NCBI GenBank assembly: GCA_964016885.1
Contig: OZ024755.1
Coordinates: 35,712,001-35,776,000, forward strand
Direction: 5' to 3'
Length of the DNA: 64,000 nt
Source of the DNA: Eledone cirrhosa
Lineage: Eukaryota
The position numbers and the translations under genes were made by a program. The stretch's first letter is position 1. Every line of letters starts with the position of its first letter. Positions 24,201-39,250 of this stretch are shown piece after piece. The notes under the pieces are model-generated. The model was not told where the DNA came from. It ran no database searches and was given only the letters and a program-made list of their open reading frames with translations.

Positions 24201-27200
24201 TTGTAATGTCTGTGTTGTGTTGTTAGTTATTACTTCTGGTTGTAATGTCTGTGTTGTGTTGTTAGTTAGTTATTACTTCTGGTTGTAATGTCTGTGTTGT
24301 GTTGTTAGTTATTACTTCTGGTTGTAATGTCTGTGTTGTGTTGTTAGTTATTACTTCTGGTTGTAATGTCTGTGTTGTGTTGTTAGTTAGTTATTACTTC
24401 TGGTTGTAATGTCTGTGTTGTGTTGTTAGTTAGTTACTACTTCTGGTTGTAATGTCTGTGTTGTGTTGTTAGTTATTACTACTTCTAGTTGTAATGTCTG
24501 TGTTGTGTTGTTAGTTAGTTACTACTTCTAGTTGTAATGTCTGTGTTGTGTTGTTAGTTATTACTACTTCTAGTTGTAATGTCTGCGTTGTGTTGTTAGT
24601 TAGTTAGTTACTACTTCTAGTCGTACTGTCTGTGTTGTTAGTTATTACTACTTCTGGTTGTAATGTCTGCGTTGTGTTGTTAGTTATTACTACTTCTAGT
24701 TGTAATGTCTGTGTTGTGTTGTTAGTTAGTTACTACTTCTAGTTGTAATGTCTGTGTTGTGTTGTTAGTTATTACTACTTCTAGTTGTAATGTCTGTGTT
24801 GTGTTGTTACTTATTACTACTTCTAGTTGTAATGTCTGTGTTGTGTTGTTAGTTATTACTACTTCTAGTTGTAATGGCTGTGTTGTGTTGTTAGTTATTA
24901 CTACTTATAGTTGTAATGTCTGTGTTGTGTTCTTAGTTATTACTACTTCTGGTTGTAATGTCTGTGTTGTTAGTTATTACTACTTCTAGTTGTAATGTAT
25001 GTGTTGTGTTGTTAGTTATTACTACTTCTAGTTGTAATGTCTGTGTTGTGTTGTTAGTTATTACTACTTCTAGTTGTAATGTGTGTGTTGTGTTGTTAGT
25101 TATTACTACTTCTAGTTGTAATGTCTGTGTTGTGTTGTTAGTTATTACTACTTCTGGTTGTAATGTCTGTGTTGTGTTGTTAGTTATTACTACTTCTAGT
25201 TGTAATGTCTGTTTTGTGTTGTTAATTATTACTACTTCTAGTTGTAATGTCTGTGTTGTGTTGTTAGTTATTACTACTTCTAGTTGTAATGTCTGTTTTG
25301 TGTTGTTAGTTATTACTACTTCTGGTTGTAATGTCTGTGTTGTGTTGTTAGTTATTACTACTTCTAGTTGTAATGTCTGTGTTGTGTTCTTAGTTATTAC
25401 TACTTCTGGTTGTAATGTCTGTGTTGTGTTGTTAGTTATTACTACTTCTAGTTGTAATGTGTGTGTTGTGTTGTTAGTTATTACTACTTCTAGTTGTAAT
25501 GTTTGTGTTGTGTTGTTAGTTATTACTACTTCTGGTTGTAATGTCTGTGTTGTGTTGTTAGTTATTACTACTTCTAGTTGTAATGTCTGTTTTGTGTTGT
25601 TAATTATTACTACTTCTAGTTGTAATGTCTGTGTTGTGTTGTTAGTTATTACTACTTCTAGTTGTAATGTCTGTTTTGTGTTGTTAGTTATTACTACTTC
25701 TGGTTGTAATGTCTGTGTTGTGTTGTTAGTTATTACTACTTCTAGTTGTAATGTCTGTTTTGTGTTGTTAGTTATTACTACTTCTGGTTGTAATGTCTGT
25801 GTTGTGTTGTTAGTTACTACTTCTGGTTGTAATGTCTGTGTTGTGTTGTTAGTTATTACTTCTAGTTGTAATGTCTGTATTGTGTTGTTAGTTATTACTA
25901 CTTCTGGTTGTAATGTCTGTGTTGTGTTGTTAGTTATTACTACTTCTAGTTGTAATGTCTGTGTTGTGTTGTTAGTTATTACTACTTCTAGTTGTAATGT
26001 GTGTGTTGTGTTGTTAGTTATTACTACTTCTAGTTGTAATGTCTGTGTTGTGTTGTTAGTTATTACTACATCTGGTTGTAATGTCTGTTTTGTGTTGTTA
26101 GTTATTACTACTTCTAGTTGTAATGTCTATTTTGTGTTGTTAGTTATTACTACTTCTGGTTGTAATGTCTGTGTTGTGTTAGTTATTACTTCTAGTTGTA
26201 ATGTCTGTATTGTGTTGTTAGTTATTACTACTTCTGGTTGTAATGTCTGTGTTGTGTTGTTAGTTATTACTACTTCTAGTTTTAATGTCTGTGTTGTGTT
26301 GTTAGTTATTACTACTTCTAGTTGTAATGTCTGTGTTGTGTTGTTAGTTAGTTACTACTTCTAGTTGTAATGTCTGTGTTGTGTTGTTAGTTATTACTAC
26401 TTCTAGTTGTAATGTCTGTGTTGTGTTGTTAGTTAATACTACTTCTGGTTGTAATGTCTGTGTTGTGTTGTTAGTTATTACTACTTCTAGTTGTAATGTC
26501 TGTGTTGTGTTGTTAGTTAGTTACTACTTCTAGTTGTAATGTCTGTGTTGTGTTGTTAGTTATTACTACTTCTAGTTGTAATGTCTGTGTTGTGTTGTTA
26601 GTTATTACTACTTCTAGTTGTAATGGCTGTGTTGTGTTGTTAGTTATTACTACTTCTAGTTGTAATGTCTGTGTTGTGTTGTTAGTTATTACTTCTAGTT
26701 GTAACGTCTGTGTTGTGTTGTTAGTTATTACTACTTCTAGTTGTAATGTCTGTGTTGTGTTGTTAGTTATTACTTCTGGTTGTAATGTCTGTGTTGTGTT
26801 GTTAGTTAGTTATTACTTCTGGTTGTAATGTCTGTGTTGTGTTGTTAGTTATTACTTCTGGTTGTAATGTCTGTGTTGTGTTGTTAGTTATTACTTCTGG
26901 TTGTAATGTCTGTGTTGTGTTGTTAGTTAGTTATTACTTCTGGTTGTAATGTCTGTGTTGTGTTGTTAGTTAGTTACTACTTCTGGTTGTAATGTCTGTG
27001 TTGTGTTGTTAGTTATTACTACTTCTAGTTGTAATGTCTGTGTTGTGTTGTTAGTTAGTTACTACTTCTAGTTGTAATGTCTGTGTTGTGTTGTTAGTTA
27101 TTACTACTTCTAGTTGTAATGTCTGCGTTGTGTTGTTAGTTAGTTAGTTACTACTTCTAGTCGTACTGTCTGTGTTGTTAGTTATTACTACTTCTGGTTG

Positions 27201-28596
27201 TAATGTCTGCGTTGTGTTGTTAGTTATTACTACTTCTAGTTGTAATGTCTGTGTTGTGTTGTTAGTTAGTTACTACTTCTAGTTGTAATGTCTGTGTTGT
27301 GTTGTTAGTTATTACTACTTCTAGTTGTAATGTCTGTGTTGTGTTGTTACTTATTACTACTTCTAGTTGTAATGTCTGTGTTGTGTTGTTAGTTATTACT
27401 ACTTCTAGTTGTAATGGCTGTGTTGTGTTGTTAGTTATTACTACTTATAGTTGTAATGTCTGTGTTGTGTTCTTAGTTATTACTACTTCTGGTTGTAATG
27501 TCTGTGTTGTTAGTTATTACTACTTCTAGTTGTAATGTATGTGTTGTGTTGTTAGTTATTACTACTTCTAGTTGTAATGTCTGTGTTGTGTTGTTAGTTA
27601 TTACTACTTCTAGTTGTAATGTGTGTGTTGTGTTGTTAGTTATTACTACTTCTAGTTGTAATGTCTGTGTTGTGTTGTTAGTTATTACTACTTCTGGTTG
27701 TAATGTCTGTGTTGTGTTGTTAGTTATTACTACTTCTAGTTGTAATGTCTGTTTTGTGTTGTTAATTATTACTACTTCTAGTTGTAATGTCTGTGTTGTG
27801 TTGTTAGTTATTACTACTTCTAGTTGTAATGTCTGTTTTGTGTTGTTAGTTATTACTACTTCTGGTTGTAATGTCTGTGTTGTGTTGTTAGTTATTACTA
27901 CTTCTAGTTGTAATGTCTGTTTTGTGTTGTTAGTTATTACTACTTCTGGTTGTAATGTCTGTGTTGTGTTGTTAGTTACTACTTCTGGTTGTAATGTCTG
28001 TGTTGTGTTGTTAGTTATTACTTCTAGTTGTAATGTCTGTATTGTGTTGTTAGTTATTACTACTTCTGGTTGTAATGTCTGTGTTGTGTTGTTAGTTATT
28101 ACTACTTCTAGTTGTAATGTGTGTGTTGTGTTGTTAGTTATTACTACTTCTAGTTGTAATGTCTGTGTTGTGTTGTTAGTTAGTTACTACTTCTAGTTGT
28201 AATGTCTGTGTTGTGTTGTTAGTTATTACTACTTCTAGTTGTAATGTCTGTGTTGTGTTGTTAGTTAATACTACTTCTGGTTGTAATGTCTGTGTTGTGT
28301 TGTTAGTTATTACTACTTCTAGTTGTAATGTCTGTGTTGTGTTGTTAGTTAGTTACTACTTCTAGTTGTAATGTCTGTGTTGTGTTGTTAGTTATTACTA
28401 CTTCTAGTTGTAATGTCTGTGTTGTGTTGTTAGTTATTACTACTTCTAGTTGTAATGGCTGTGTTGTGTTGTTAGTTATTACTACTTCTAGTTGTAATGT
28501 CTGTGTTGTGTTGTTAGTTATTACTTCTAGTTGTAATGTCTGTGTTGTGTTGTTAGTTATTACTACTTCTAGTTGTAATGTCTGTGTTGTGTTGTT
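21287..28596. repeat. ~42-bp satellite array (~7.3 kb) with higher-order structure
   Basis: Unit gttgtaatgtctgtgttgtgttgttagttattactacttcta with 39/43-bp variants; variant pattern repeats with a 2540-bp offset. Confidence 0.97.
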
Positions 28597-28734
28597 TAGC
28601 TGCTTAACATGCTGTTGTTGTTGTTGGTCCATGTTGTTGTTGATGTTGCTGGTCTATGTATGTTGTTGTTGTTGGTCTATGTAATATCTTGTTGTTCTAC
28701 CTATTATATATGTGGTATATTCTGTGTCATGTAC

Positions 28735-29180
28735 ACGTGTGTAATATATATATGTGTCTGTGTGTGATATAATACATGTGTGTGTGTCAGTGTGTGTGTG
28801 TACATGCATGTGTGTGTAATATAATACATGTGTGTATTATAAAATACGTGTGTGTGTGTGTCAGTGTGTGTGTGTGTATATACATGCATGTGTGTCAATG
28901 TGTGTGTGTGTATACATGCATGTCTGTGTCAGTGTGTGTGTGTGTATATACATGCATGTGTGTCAGTGTGTGTGTGTATACATGCATGTCTGTTTCAGTG
29001 TGTGTGTGTGTGTATATACATGCATGTGTATGTCAGTGTGTGTGTGTGTGTATACATGCATGTGTGTGTCAGTGTGTGTGTGTATATACATGCATGTGTG
29101 TGTCAGTGTGTGTGTGTGTATACATGCATGTCTGTGTCAGTGTGTGTGTGTGTGTGTATACATGCATATGTGTGTCAGTG
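28735..29180. repeat. Compound (GT)n microsatellite with atacatgcat/cag spacers
   Basis: Direct reading. Confidence 0.92.
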
Positions 29181-29927
29181 TTTTGCATGTATATAATGCA
29201 AAATAAGTGTTGCACTGAAAAGATTTGTAAAGAACAAAAAATTTGTAAGGAACAAAAAAAAAAAAAAGAAGAGCAAAAGAAACCATAATAGAATCAGCCA
29301 AGAAAATAAATAAAAAAGAATGTGAGATGTGAGGTCATCAGGTGACCATAGTCCAGTTAATGTAGATAATCCCAACCCTAACTAACACACACTAGCTAAC
29401 ATTAAGGCGAAGGAAAGAGACTTTGTTTGAAGACAGACATAGAGATAGTGAAGCATTCAGTCATCCAATTGTATCACTTTTGTCTCTTCCTCACAGGAGA
29501 ATACAACAGGAAAGACAATTTCTATCTGTGTTTATGTGTGGATTATTATTCTGGTATTGTTGTTATGCATTTGCACTCAATTTTATAACACCTCCCCCAC
29601 TGTCCCTGTCTTTGTATTGTCCCCTCTGTGTCGGCCCTTGTGGCCAATAAATGAAATCATTATTATTGTGAATTGGCAGTATCTGTAGAGGGTCGGACGC
29701 CATGCTTTTCAGCATAGTTACGTCCCTTTATGGTCCGAGTTCAAATCCCATCGAGGTTAACTTTGCCTTTCATCCTTACGGGGGTCGATAAAATAAAGTA
29801 CCAGTAATGCACTGGGGTAATTGCTGGCCTTGTGCCTAAAGTAGAAACAATTATTATTTTAGTTGTTGTTGTGGTGGTGGTTGTTGTTTTCTTGGGGATT
29901 TGGCAGTTGATATGAGTTGCTGGAGAC

Positions 29928-29996
<69 letters not shown>

Positions 29997-30691
29997 CCCC
30001 CACCCCAATCTACTCCCTCCCCTACTGGAGAAGGAAGAGAGGAGAAGGAGGAGCAGCAACAGACAGAGAAAAAACACCCAAATAAATAACATTTATCTCG
30101 AGGTTAAATTATTTTTTTTCCCTTTCGCCAATTTCCAGTAAAGCCACCTGCTACCATAGCCAACCACTACCACAACCACCACCACCGTCACCACCACAAC
30201 CACCACCACAACCACAACCACCACCACAACCACCCCCACAACCACAACCACCACCACCACCACTACCACCGCCACAACCACCGCCACAGCCACCACCACA
30301 ACCACCACCATCACAACCACCACCACCACCACCACCACCACAACCACTACCACCACCACTACCACAACCACCACCACCACCACAACCACTACCACAACCA
30401 CTTAGCTGGTTGTGGATTTTTCCCCAACAGCTTAACAACTTTCCTATGTTAGACACAATAACAGTGCAGAATTTCAAGTGTCTTCTGATGCCAACCTAAA
30501 CTCAATTCAATATTTTTTTCTCGCAGTGCACAGAATTGTACATATTTGTATGTGAATGCCTGCCTTTCTTGGCATAGTTTCAACAAGCCTATCTTCCACT
30601 TGTCAAATATAATGCTTTTCTTTGAATATGCCTCTTCTCTTCATATGTTTAATTATATATATGTATACAAATATATATATATATATATATT

Positions 30692-30850
30692 CTAGGGTGG
30701 GTAAAATTCCCGAGATCCATGGACGAGTTCTCTCCAGTGGTCTCTGACCCTCATTATCGCTGCTATGTCCTGCGTCTCCAACAGACCAGTGTCTGTCCTT
30801 AGGGCATCAACATACGTTAACCTTGGTCTTCCTCTTCCAGTGTGTCCATG
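30692..30850 (-). mobile_element. LINE (RTE/RTE-X-like) ORF2 C-terminus
   Basis: Minus strand HGHTGRGRPRLTYVDALRTDTGL...MRVRDHWRELV, ending at a (TA)n tract. Confidence 0.7.
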
Positions 30851-30858
30851 TATATATA

Positions 30859-31018
30859 AAAATGTTTAACCCCGACGGCAGAGCTCAAGCTGTTTCGAAA
30901 CGGCTTGAGCTCTGCCGTCGGGGTTAAACATTTTCCTATTACCCACTCTACTACCCTAAGTATTGAGTACTCTGGTGCATTATGGTCCATCTGGTTCCTT
31001 ACCACACTTCCTTCGTTA
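30859..31018 (+). mobile_element. Fold-back PLE-like terminal insert (hairpin family)
   Basis: 76-bp near-perfect palindrome 30859-30934 centred on tttc|gaaa, then the family tail ending ccttcgtta(TA)n. Confidence 0.65.
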
Positions 31019-31052
<34 letters not shown>

Positions 31053-31174
31053 AACATACATCTATATACACATCATCATTGTTTTTACGTCCATTTTTCC
31101 ATGCTCGTATGGGTTGGATAGGTCCTATTCAGCACAGCATCTCTCCCCTTGTCACATTCCTTTGTCATAACTAT

Positions 31175-31567
31175 CAGTAATAGAGAAGACCCGCCTTACC
31201 TAAATACAAAGTAAAACCTACTACAGCCAGTAGGCATCTCTAACAAAATACCCCCCCCCCCCCACCCCATCCACACCGCCCCTTCAATGTAAAGTTATGT
31301 TGGTGCCACAACATCCAGGCCGAAACAAATGAGATCGTGTAGACACAGTCCACGCTGTAATGTGGTCGTGTAGGCAACACGGTAAAAACCTCCCAGCCCC
31401 ACACTGTAAATGTGGTTGGTGTTAGGAAGGGCATCCAGCTGTAGAAAACCTGCCAGACAGTCCTATGCGAGCAAGACAACCACTCTTGCCTCAAGTGGGA
31501 ATACCCCCGTCCAAACCCATGCAAGTGTGGAACACGGACGTTGATGATGATGATGATGATGATGATG
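31175..31567 (+). mobile_element. RTE LINE 3' end
   Basis: Matches the RTE 3' UTR (gagaagacccgccttacctaa...(gat)n). Confidence 0.87.
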
Positions 31568-31569
31568 AG

Positions 31570-32035
31570 TCTCAGCAATTTGAGATCAGCCGGGGTCCTC
31601 CTTGGTCTAGCTCTACTGTGGCTACCTTCCGCTGGGATTTCCTTGCATTCCTTCACCCTGTGATTATCATCCATGCACATCACGTTGGATTCCTCTTAAA
31701 CCCAGCTCCCTCAGTTCATTGAATCTTTGCCTTTCTCTCACATTGACATTACACATCCAACGAAGCATGATTCTCCATTTCTCTCCAACCTACCCAGGAC
31801 CTCTGCAGCCACTGACCATGTTTCGCTGTCATGCAGCATTGTACTTTGCACACAGGAGTCATACAGCTGCCTTTTTGTATGTAAAGAGAAACCTTTTATT
31901 GCCAACAGTGAGAGTAGCTCTCTAAACTTCTTCCATTCTATCCTGACCTAGCTATTATGCTCTCGGAGCACCCTCTGCTCCTAATTAGGTCACATACATA
32001 GTAGAAGCTATCAGCCACTTCTACTGATCCTTCGT
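31570..32035 (-). mobile_element. Degenerate RTE LINE fragment (older relative)
   Basis: Reverse strand resembles DSFxYLxDLI...GWKKFRELL...RLYDSCVQSTMLHDSETW and RARPRRT, with frameshifts. Confidence 0.75.
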
Positions 32036-33049
32036 GTGGTTTATATCACTGACACTCTTCCCTTCAATTACACGTTTGTATCTTTTACATACAAAGTTTA
32101 CCACTTCCTGTTATATCCATTATCCCACTACATTGCTTGCGCACCTAATGTGTACATTGTATCATCATCATTTCATCATCATTTCATTTTACGTCCGCTT
32201 TTCCCTGCTTGCAAGGGTGGGACGGGAACTGATTCTGGCTTGATTTCTACAGCTGGATGCCCTTCCTAACACCAACCTCATTTACAGTGAGTGCTGGGTG
32301 CTTTTTTGCCGTGGCACCTCCACGACCACTTTACAGTGGAATGATATATATATATATCCTTTTCTACATATTGAGCAGGGCCACTTCCCTGAAGAACTAA
32401 GTTTATTATCAGCCCTTTTGATTCGAAATTCTGTTTATAAATTAGGTCACAATTTTGATCCCTTATACATTTTAGAAATATGATTAATATTAGGCTTTGA
32501 CACCTTAGGTAGCGCATTTGCTCCATGTATGAACAATAAATATAAATATACAGTTGTCCCCCCCCAGTATTTACGGGGATTACGTTCCTAGAGAATTCGC
32601 AAAGAGTGAAAAACCATGAATATTGGACGTGTTCAATAAAAATGCCTATAAACGTCAAAATGCAATGGAAAATATAATTTAAAAAAAAGCGGGAGCGTGT
32701 TATGTGAAGGGACGTCCAGTAGGTCGAAAATTATGGTATATTGTTATTAATAATTTAGTGTTAAAAAAACCCATAAAAAATCACGGAAGATACTTATGGT
32801 ACCGTGAATATGTGGTGGTTTCCCCAAACCATTATTGGCAGTATCGGTAGAGCATCGGATGCTATGCAAAGAATTATGGCCCTTTATGGTCTGAGTTCAA
32901 ATCCCGCTGAGGTTAACTTTGCCTTTCATCCTTACGGGGTTGATAAAATAAAGTACCTGTAATGCACTGGGTCATTGCTGGCCTTGTACCAAAAGTAGAA
33001 ATATTTGTTAGGTTCTAAGGAACATTCCACGAATGCCGGAAGTATACTA

Positions 33050-33505
<456 letters not shown>

Positions 33506-33886
33506 AAGAGAGAGAGTCAAGACCCCGACGGCTGAGCTCCAGCTGCTTCGATAGCTAGATTTGAGTTCGGATCTCTCTGTCGAAGCGGCCGGAGCTCAGC
33601 TGTCGGGGTCCTGACTCTTTTCCTACTACCCTAAGTATCGAGTACTCTGGTGTGTTATGGTCCACCTGGTTCCTTACCACAGCTTCTTTGTTTAAATATA
33701 TATATATATGAATGAATGTCTGAATATGTATCGGTATGTCTCTCGGCTGAAAAGGAGGTCATATAAATGTCCATGCATTAATAAATTGCTCCGAAGAATC
33801 CAAACCTCGGTTTGGAGGAAACAGCTGTAAGCACAATAATGTTTTGAACAGTTCTTTGATTCTTATATTTCATATATATATATATG

Positions 33887-33918
<32 letters not shown>

Positions 33919-34554
33919 GTCCGGCAATAACTAGCAGGAAAAATGGACATTAAGTGATGATCATTACGTATGTGTGAGTGAAAACAACCATATACACGTT
34001 TTAAAAAAAATAAATAAAAGCAACTGATAAAAAATATATTTAAACAAAAAGTAATCATCAAATCAGTGTGACAACATGAAAACAAAAGAAGAGTACGAGA
34101 AAACTTTAATATTTCAAAATTAGAATGCATTTTGACAAGTGAAGAAAGGAAACAATATAACTTGATAGACTGTTTCGAAAAATTAACAGAATATTAAAAT
34201 ATATACACATATACAACCAAAAGTTAAACACACACACATACACACATATATATATATCTATATATATATATATATATATATGAAGAGAAAATAAAACATC
34301 AACCTATATTATATATATTTATTTACATTTGTCTAAATGTACAGGTACTGGTAAATTCTGGTATTGTACATATTTAATAGGCTGTCACAGCCAATCAAAG
34401 TTATTGTTTTTTTTCAAAAGAAAGTTGTAGCCTGAAGACTTTTTGAACAATTTATTTTTATTTGTATTTTCTCCTGATAGACAGTTTATTGAAAAATATT
34501 TGGAAAATCTATCTGCTGTGTTATTTACCATTATTGCCTCTCTGGTACATGGAA

Positions 34555-34818
34555 CACACTCTCTCTCTCTCACACACACACTCTCACACACACACACACA
34601 CACACACTCACATTCTCTCTCTCTCTCACATACACACATTCTCTCTCACACACACATACATACACACTATCTCTCTCACACACACACACATTCTCTCTCT
34701 CTCACACACACACAGACACACTCTCTCTCACACACACACACACGCTCTCTCTCACACACATTCACACATACACACATTCTCTCTCGCCCTTTCTCACACA
34801 CACACTTTCTCTCTCTTT

Positions 34819-34851
<33 letters not shown>

Positions 34852-34872
34852 CTCTCTAACACACACACACAT

Positions 34873-34904
<32 letters not shown>

Positions 34905-35524
34905 TATCTCTCTCTCACACACACACACTCTCTCTCTCTCACACACACCCATTCTCTCTCTCACACACACACACATTCTCTCTCTCTCACACACACACAC
35001 ACATTCTCTCTCTCTCTCTCACCTCTCACACACACATTCTCTCTCTCTCTCTCTCACACACACATTCTCTCTCTCTCACACATTCTCTCTCCCTCACACA
35101 CTCTCTCTCTCTCTCACACACACACATTCTCTCTCTTACACACTCTCTCTTCTCACACACACATTCTCTCTCTCTTTCACACACACATTCTCTCTGTCTC
35201 TCTCACACACACATTCTCTCTCTCTTTCACACACACACACATTCTCTGTCTCTCACACACACACATTCTCTGTCTCACACACACACATTCTCTGTCTCTC
35301 ACACACACATTCTTTCTGTCTCTCTCTCACACACACATTCTCTGTCTCTCACACACACATTCTCTCTCTCTTTCACACACACATTCTCTGTCTCTCACAC
35401 ACACATTCTTTCTGTCTCTCACACACACATTCTCTCTCTCTTTCACACACACATTCTCTCTGTCTCTCACACACACATTCTCTCTCTCTTTCACACACAC
35501 ATTCTCTGTCTCTCTCACACACAT

Positions 35525-35563
<39 letters not shown>

Positions 35564-35977
35564 CACACATTCTCTCTGTCTCTCACACACATTCTCTCTC
35601 TCTTTCACACACACATTCTCTCTGTCTCTCACACACACATTCTCTCTCTCCCACACACATTCTCTGTCTCTCACACACACACATTCTCTTTCTCTCTCTC
35701 ACACACACACACACACTCTCTTACACACACACACACACACATTCTCTCTGTCTCTCTCACACACACACACATTCTCTGTCTCTCACACACACATTCTCTC
35801 TGTCTCTCTCACACACATTCTCTCTGTCTCTCACACACACATTCTCTCTCTCTTTCACACACATTCTCTCTGTCTCTCACACACACATTCTCTCTCTCTT
35901 TCACACACACATTCTCTGTCTCTCACACACACATTCTCTCTGTCTCTCTCACACACATTCTCTGTCTCTCTCACACA

Positions 35978-36029
<52 letters not shown>

Positions 36030-36066
36030 TTCTCTCTGTCTCTCTCACACACACACACACACACAT
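34555..36066. repeat. Compound (CA)n/(CT)n microsatellite, 1.5 kb
   Basis: Direct reading. Confidence 0.95.
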
Positions 36067-36984
36067 ATATTAATGCATTTACATATTAGTATAGATACAG
36101 ATACACTTAAACATGTATACACACATGTACATTGATACATACACATATTGGTAAAGCTGATACACACAGACACACACTGCATTTATATATTACTATAGCC
36201 AATATATTTAAGTAGAGATACACACATACATACAATAGGCTGTGACCAAAAACTAAACAAAATCTAGTCAACTACAGATTTGGGCAGGAGATTCTTTTCT
36301 TTTTCCTTTTCTTTCTATGGGGGATAAGTCATTTGTCCAGCTACGTCAACTCGAAATTTACACTATTTGCTTCCGACACCAAAATCATTAGATTTGCCAA
36401 TTATAAATCCACTATAATGTACAAAAGATTTTTTGCTCTTTGACTGAATAGAAAAATACTTAGTCAACAGAATTGAACTGAAGAAAATGCCAATTTATGA
36501 CAACCACAAGGAAGCAAATCTGCAGAAAATACTGATGAAAGGTTTTTATAAAGTAAACACAAAAGCCACTCCACATTTATCAACATATACTGCAACAAAA
36601 CATCAGACTTCCATCAAAAATGCATCATCAATTCAAGACTCAAGAACTGACAGCAGAATCTTAAGACTGATCTTCCTGCTGTATTCTTTATGACTGGACA
36701 TAGATGCAAAAAAATATCAGCAACAACAACAAATAACTGAAATCACTAGAGAGAATGTAAGTGTTGTCAAAACTAAAAGTGAAGCTGAAACAACTCCACA
36801 AGAGACTTTCTTCCAGACATAATTGCCAAACTTTCAGCTTGGCCAAAGAATTATGTACATTTGTTTGCTTTGGCAGTCAACATTTTTTTTTTCTTCCTTC
36901 CCAATCATTGTCAACAAGAGAATTAGGCTGGTAGAATATAACATCATGAGAAGCAAACAGAAGATAGAAATCTTACTATGTGGT

Positions 36985-39250
36985 AGTACCAGTACCAAGA
37001 TAAAACTAACCCAGTCAACCTTACTATAGTAGTACCAGTACCAAGATAAAACTAACCCAGTCAACCTTACTATAGTAGTACCAGTACCAAGATAAAAATA
37101 ACCCAGTCAACCTTACTATAGTAGTACCAGTACCAAGATAAAAATAACCCAGTCAACCTTACTATAGTAGTACCAGTCTCCTGATAAAAAACACCCAGTC
37201 AACCTTACTATAGTAGTACCAGTACCAAGATAAAAACCACCCAGTCAACCTTACTATAGTAGCACCAGTACCATGAAAAAAAACCACCCAGTCAACCTTA
37301 CTATAGTAGTATCAGTACCAAGATAAAAAACACCCAGTGAACCTTACTATAGTAGCACCAGTACCATGATAAAAAAAACACCCAGTCAACCTTACTATAG
37401 TAGTACCAGTACCAAGATAAAAAACACCCTGTCAACCTTACTATAGTAGTACCAGTACCAAGATAAAAAAACACCCAGTCAACCTTACTATAGTAGTATC
37501 AGTACCAAGATAAAAAACACCCAGTCAACCTTACTATAGTAGTACTAGTACCATAATAAAAATAACCCAGTCAACCTTACTATAGTAGTACCAGTACCAA
37601 GATAAAAACACCCAGTCAACCTTACTATAGTAGTACCAGTACCAAGATAAAAATAACCCAGTCAACCTTACTATAGTAGCACCAGTACCAAGATAAAAAA
37701 ACACCCAGTGAACCTTACTATAGTAGCACCAGTACCATGATAAAAAAAACACCCAGTCAACCTTACTATAGTAGTACCAGTACCAAGGTAAAAAAACACC
37801 CAGTCAACCTTACTATAGTAGTACCAGTATCAAGATAAAAAAACACCCAGTGAACCTTACTATAGTAGCACCAGTACCATGATAAAAAAAACACCCAGTC
37901 AACCTTACTATAGTAGTACCAGTACCAAGGTAAAAAAACACCCAGTCAACCTTACTATAGTAGTACCAGTACCAAGGTAAAAAAAACACCCAGTCAACCT
38001 TACTATAGTAGTACCAGTACCAAGATAAAAAAACACCCAGTGAACCTTACTATAGTAGCACCAGTACCATGATAAAAAAAACACCCAGTCAACCTTACTA
38101 TAGTAGTACCAGTACCAAGATAAAAAACACCCTGTCAACCTTACTACAGTAGCACCAGTACCAAGATAAAAATAACCCAGTCAACCTTACTATAGTAGTA
38201 CTAGTACCATAATAAAAATAACCCAGTCAACCTTACTATAGTAGTACCAGTACCAAGATAAAAACACCCAGTCAACCTTACTATAGTAGTACCAGTACCA
38301 AGATAAAAATAACCCAGTCAACCTTACTATAGTAGTACCAGTACCAAGATAAAAAAACACCCAGTTAACCTTACTATAGTAGTACCAGTACCAAGATAAA
38401 AAACCACCCAGTCAACCTTACTATAGTAGTACCAGTACCAAGATAAAAAACACCCAGTCAACCTTACTATAGTAGTACCAGTACCAAGATAAAAAACACC
38501 CAGTCAACCTTACTATAGTAGTACCAGTACCAAGATAAAAAACACCCAGTCAACCCAGTAAGGTGGGTGGTAGTGCCAGTACCAACAGAAAAAACACCCA
38601 GTCAACCTTACTATAGTAGTACCAGTACCAAGATAAAAAAACACCCAGTCAACCTTACTATAGTAGTACCAGTACCAAGATAAAAAACACCCAGTCAACC
38701 TTACTATAGTAGCAACAGTACCATGAAAAAAAAACACCCAGTCAACCCAGTAAGGTGGGTGGTAGTGCCAGTACCAACAGAAAAAACACCCAGTCAACCT
38801 TACTATAGTAGTACCAGTACCAAGATAAAAAAACACCCAGTCAACCTTACTATAGTAGTACCAGTACCAAGATAAAAAACACCCAGTCAACCTTACTATA
38901 GTAGCAACAGTACCATGAAAAAAAAACACCCAGTCAACCCAGTAAGGTGGGTGGTAGTGCCAGTACCAACAGAAAAAACACCCAGTCAACCTTACTATAG
39001 TAGTACCAGTACCAAGATAAAAAAACACCCAGTCAACCTTACTATAGTAGTACCAGTACCAAGATAAAAAACACCCAGTCAACCTTACTATAGTAGCAAC
39101 AGTACCATGAAAAAAAAACACCCAGTCAACCTTACTATAGTAGTACCAGTACCAAGATAAAAAACACCCAGTCAACCCAGTAAGGTGGGTGGTAGTGCCA
39201 GTACCAACAGAAAAAACACCCAGTCAACCTGGTAAGGTGGTAGTGCTGGT
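36985..39250. repeat. ~46-48-bp minisatellite (~48 copies)
   Basis: Unit cccagtcaaccttactatagtagtaccagtaccaagataaaaaaca; grades into the SINE/RTE tail motif (gtaaagtggttggcattaggaagggcat) at about 39328-39356. Confidence 0.95.

Noticed and set aside
21304-28684. Long Cys/Val-rich ORFs (up to 592 aa)
   Set aside because: Translation of a 42-bp satellite; frames break wherever 43-bp variants occur; no splice or start context.
36470-36830. Coding-like S/T/Q-rich stretch
   Set aside because: Interrupted by stops, wrong strand for MASTL, no recognisable homology or splice sites.
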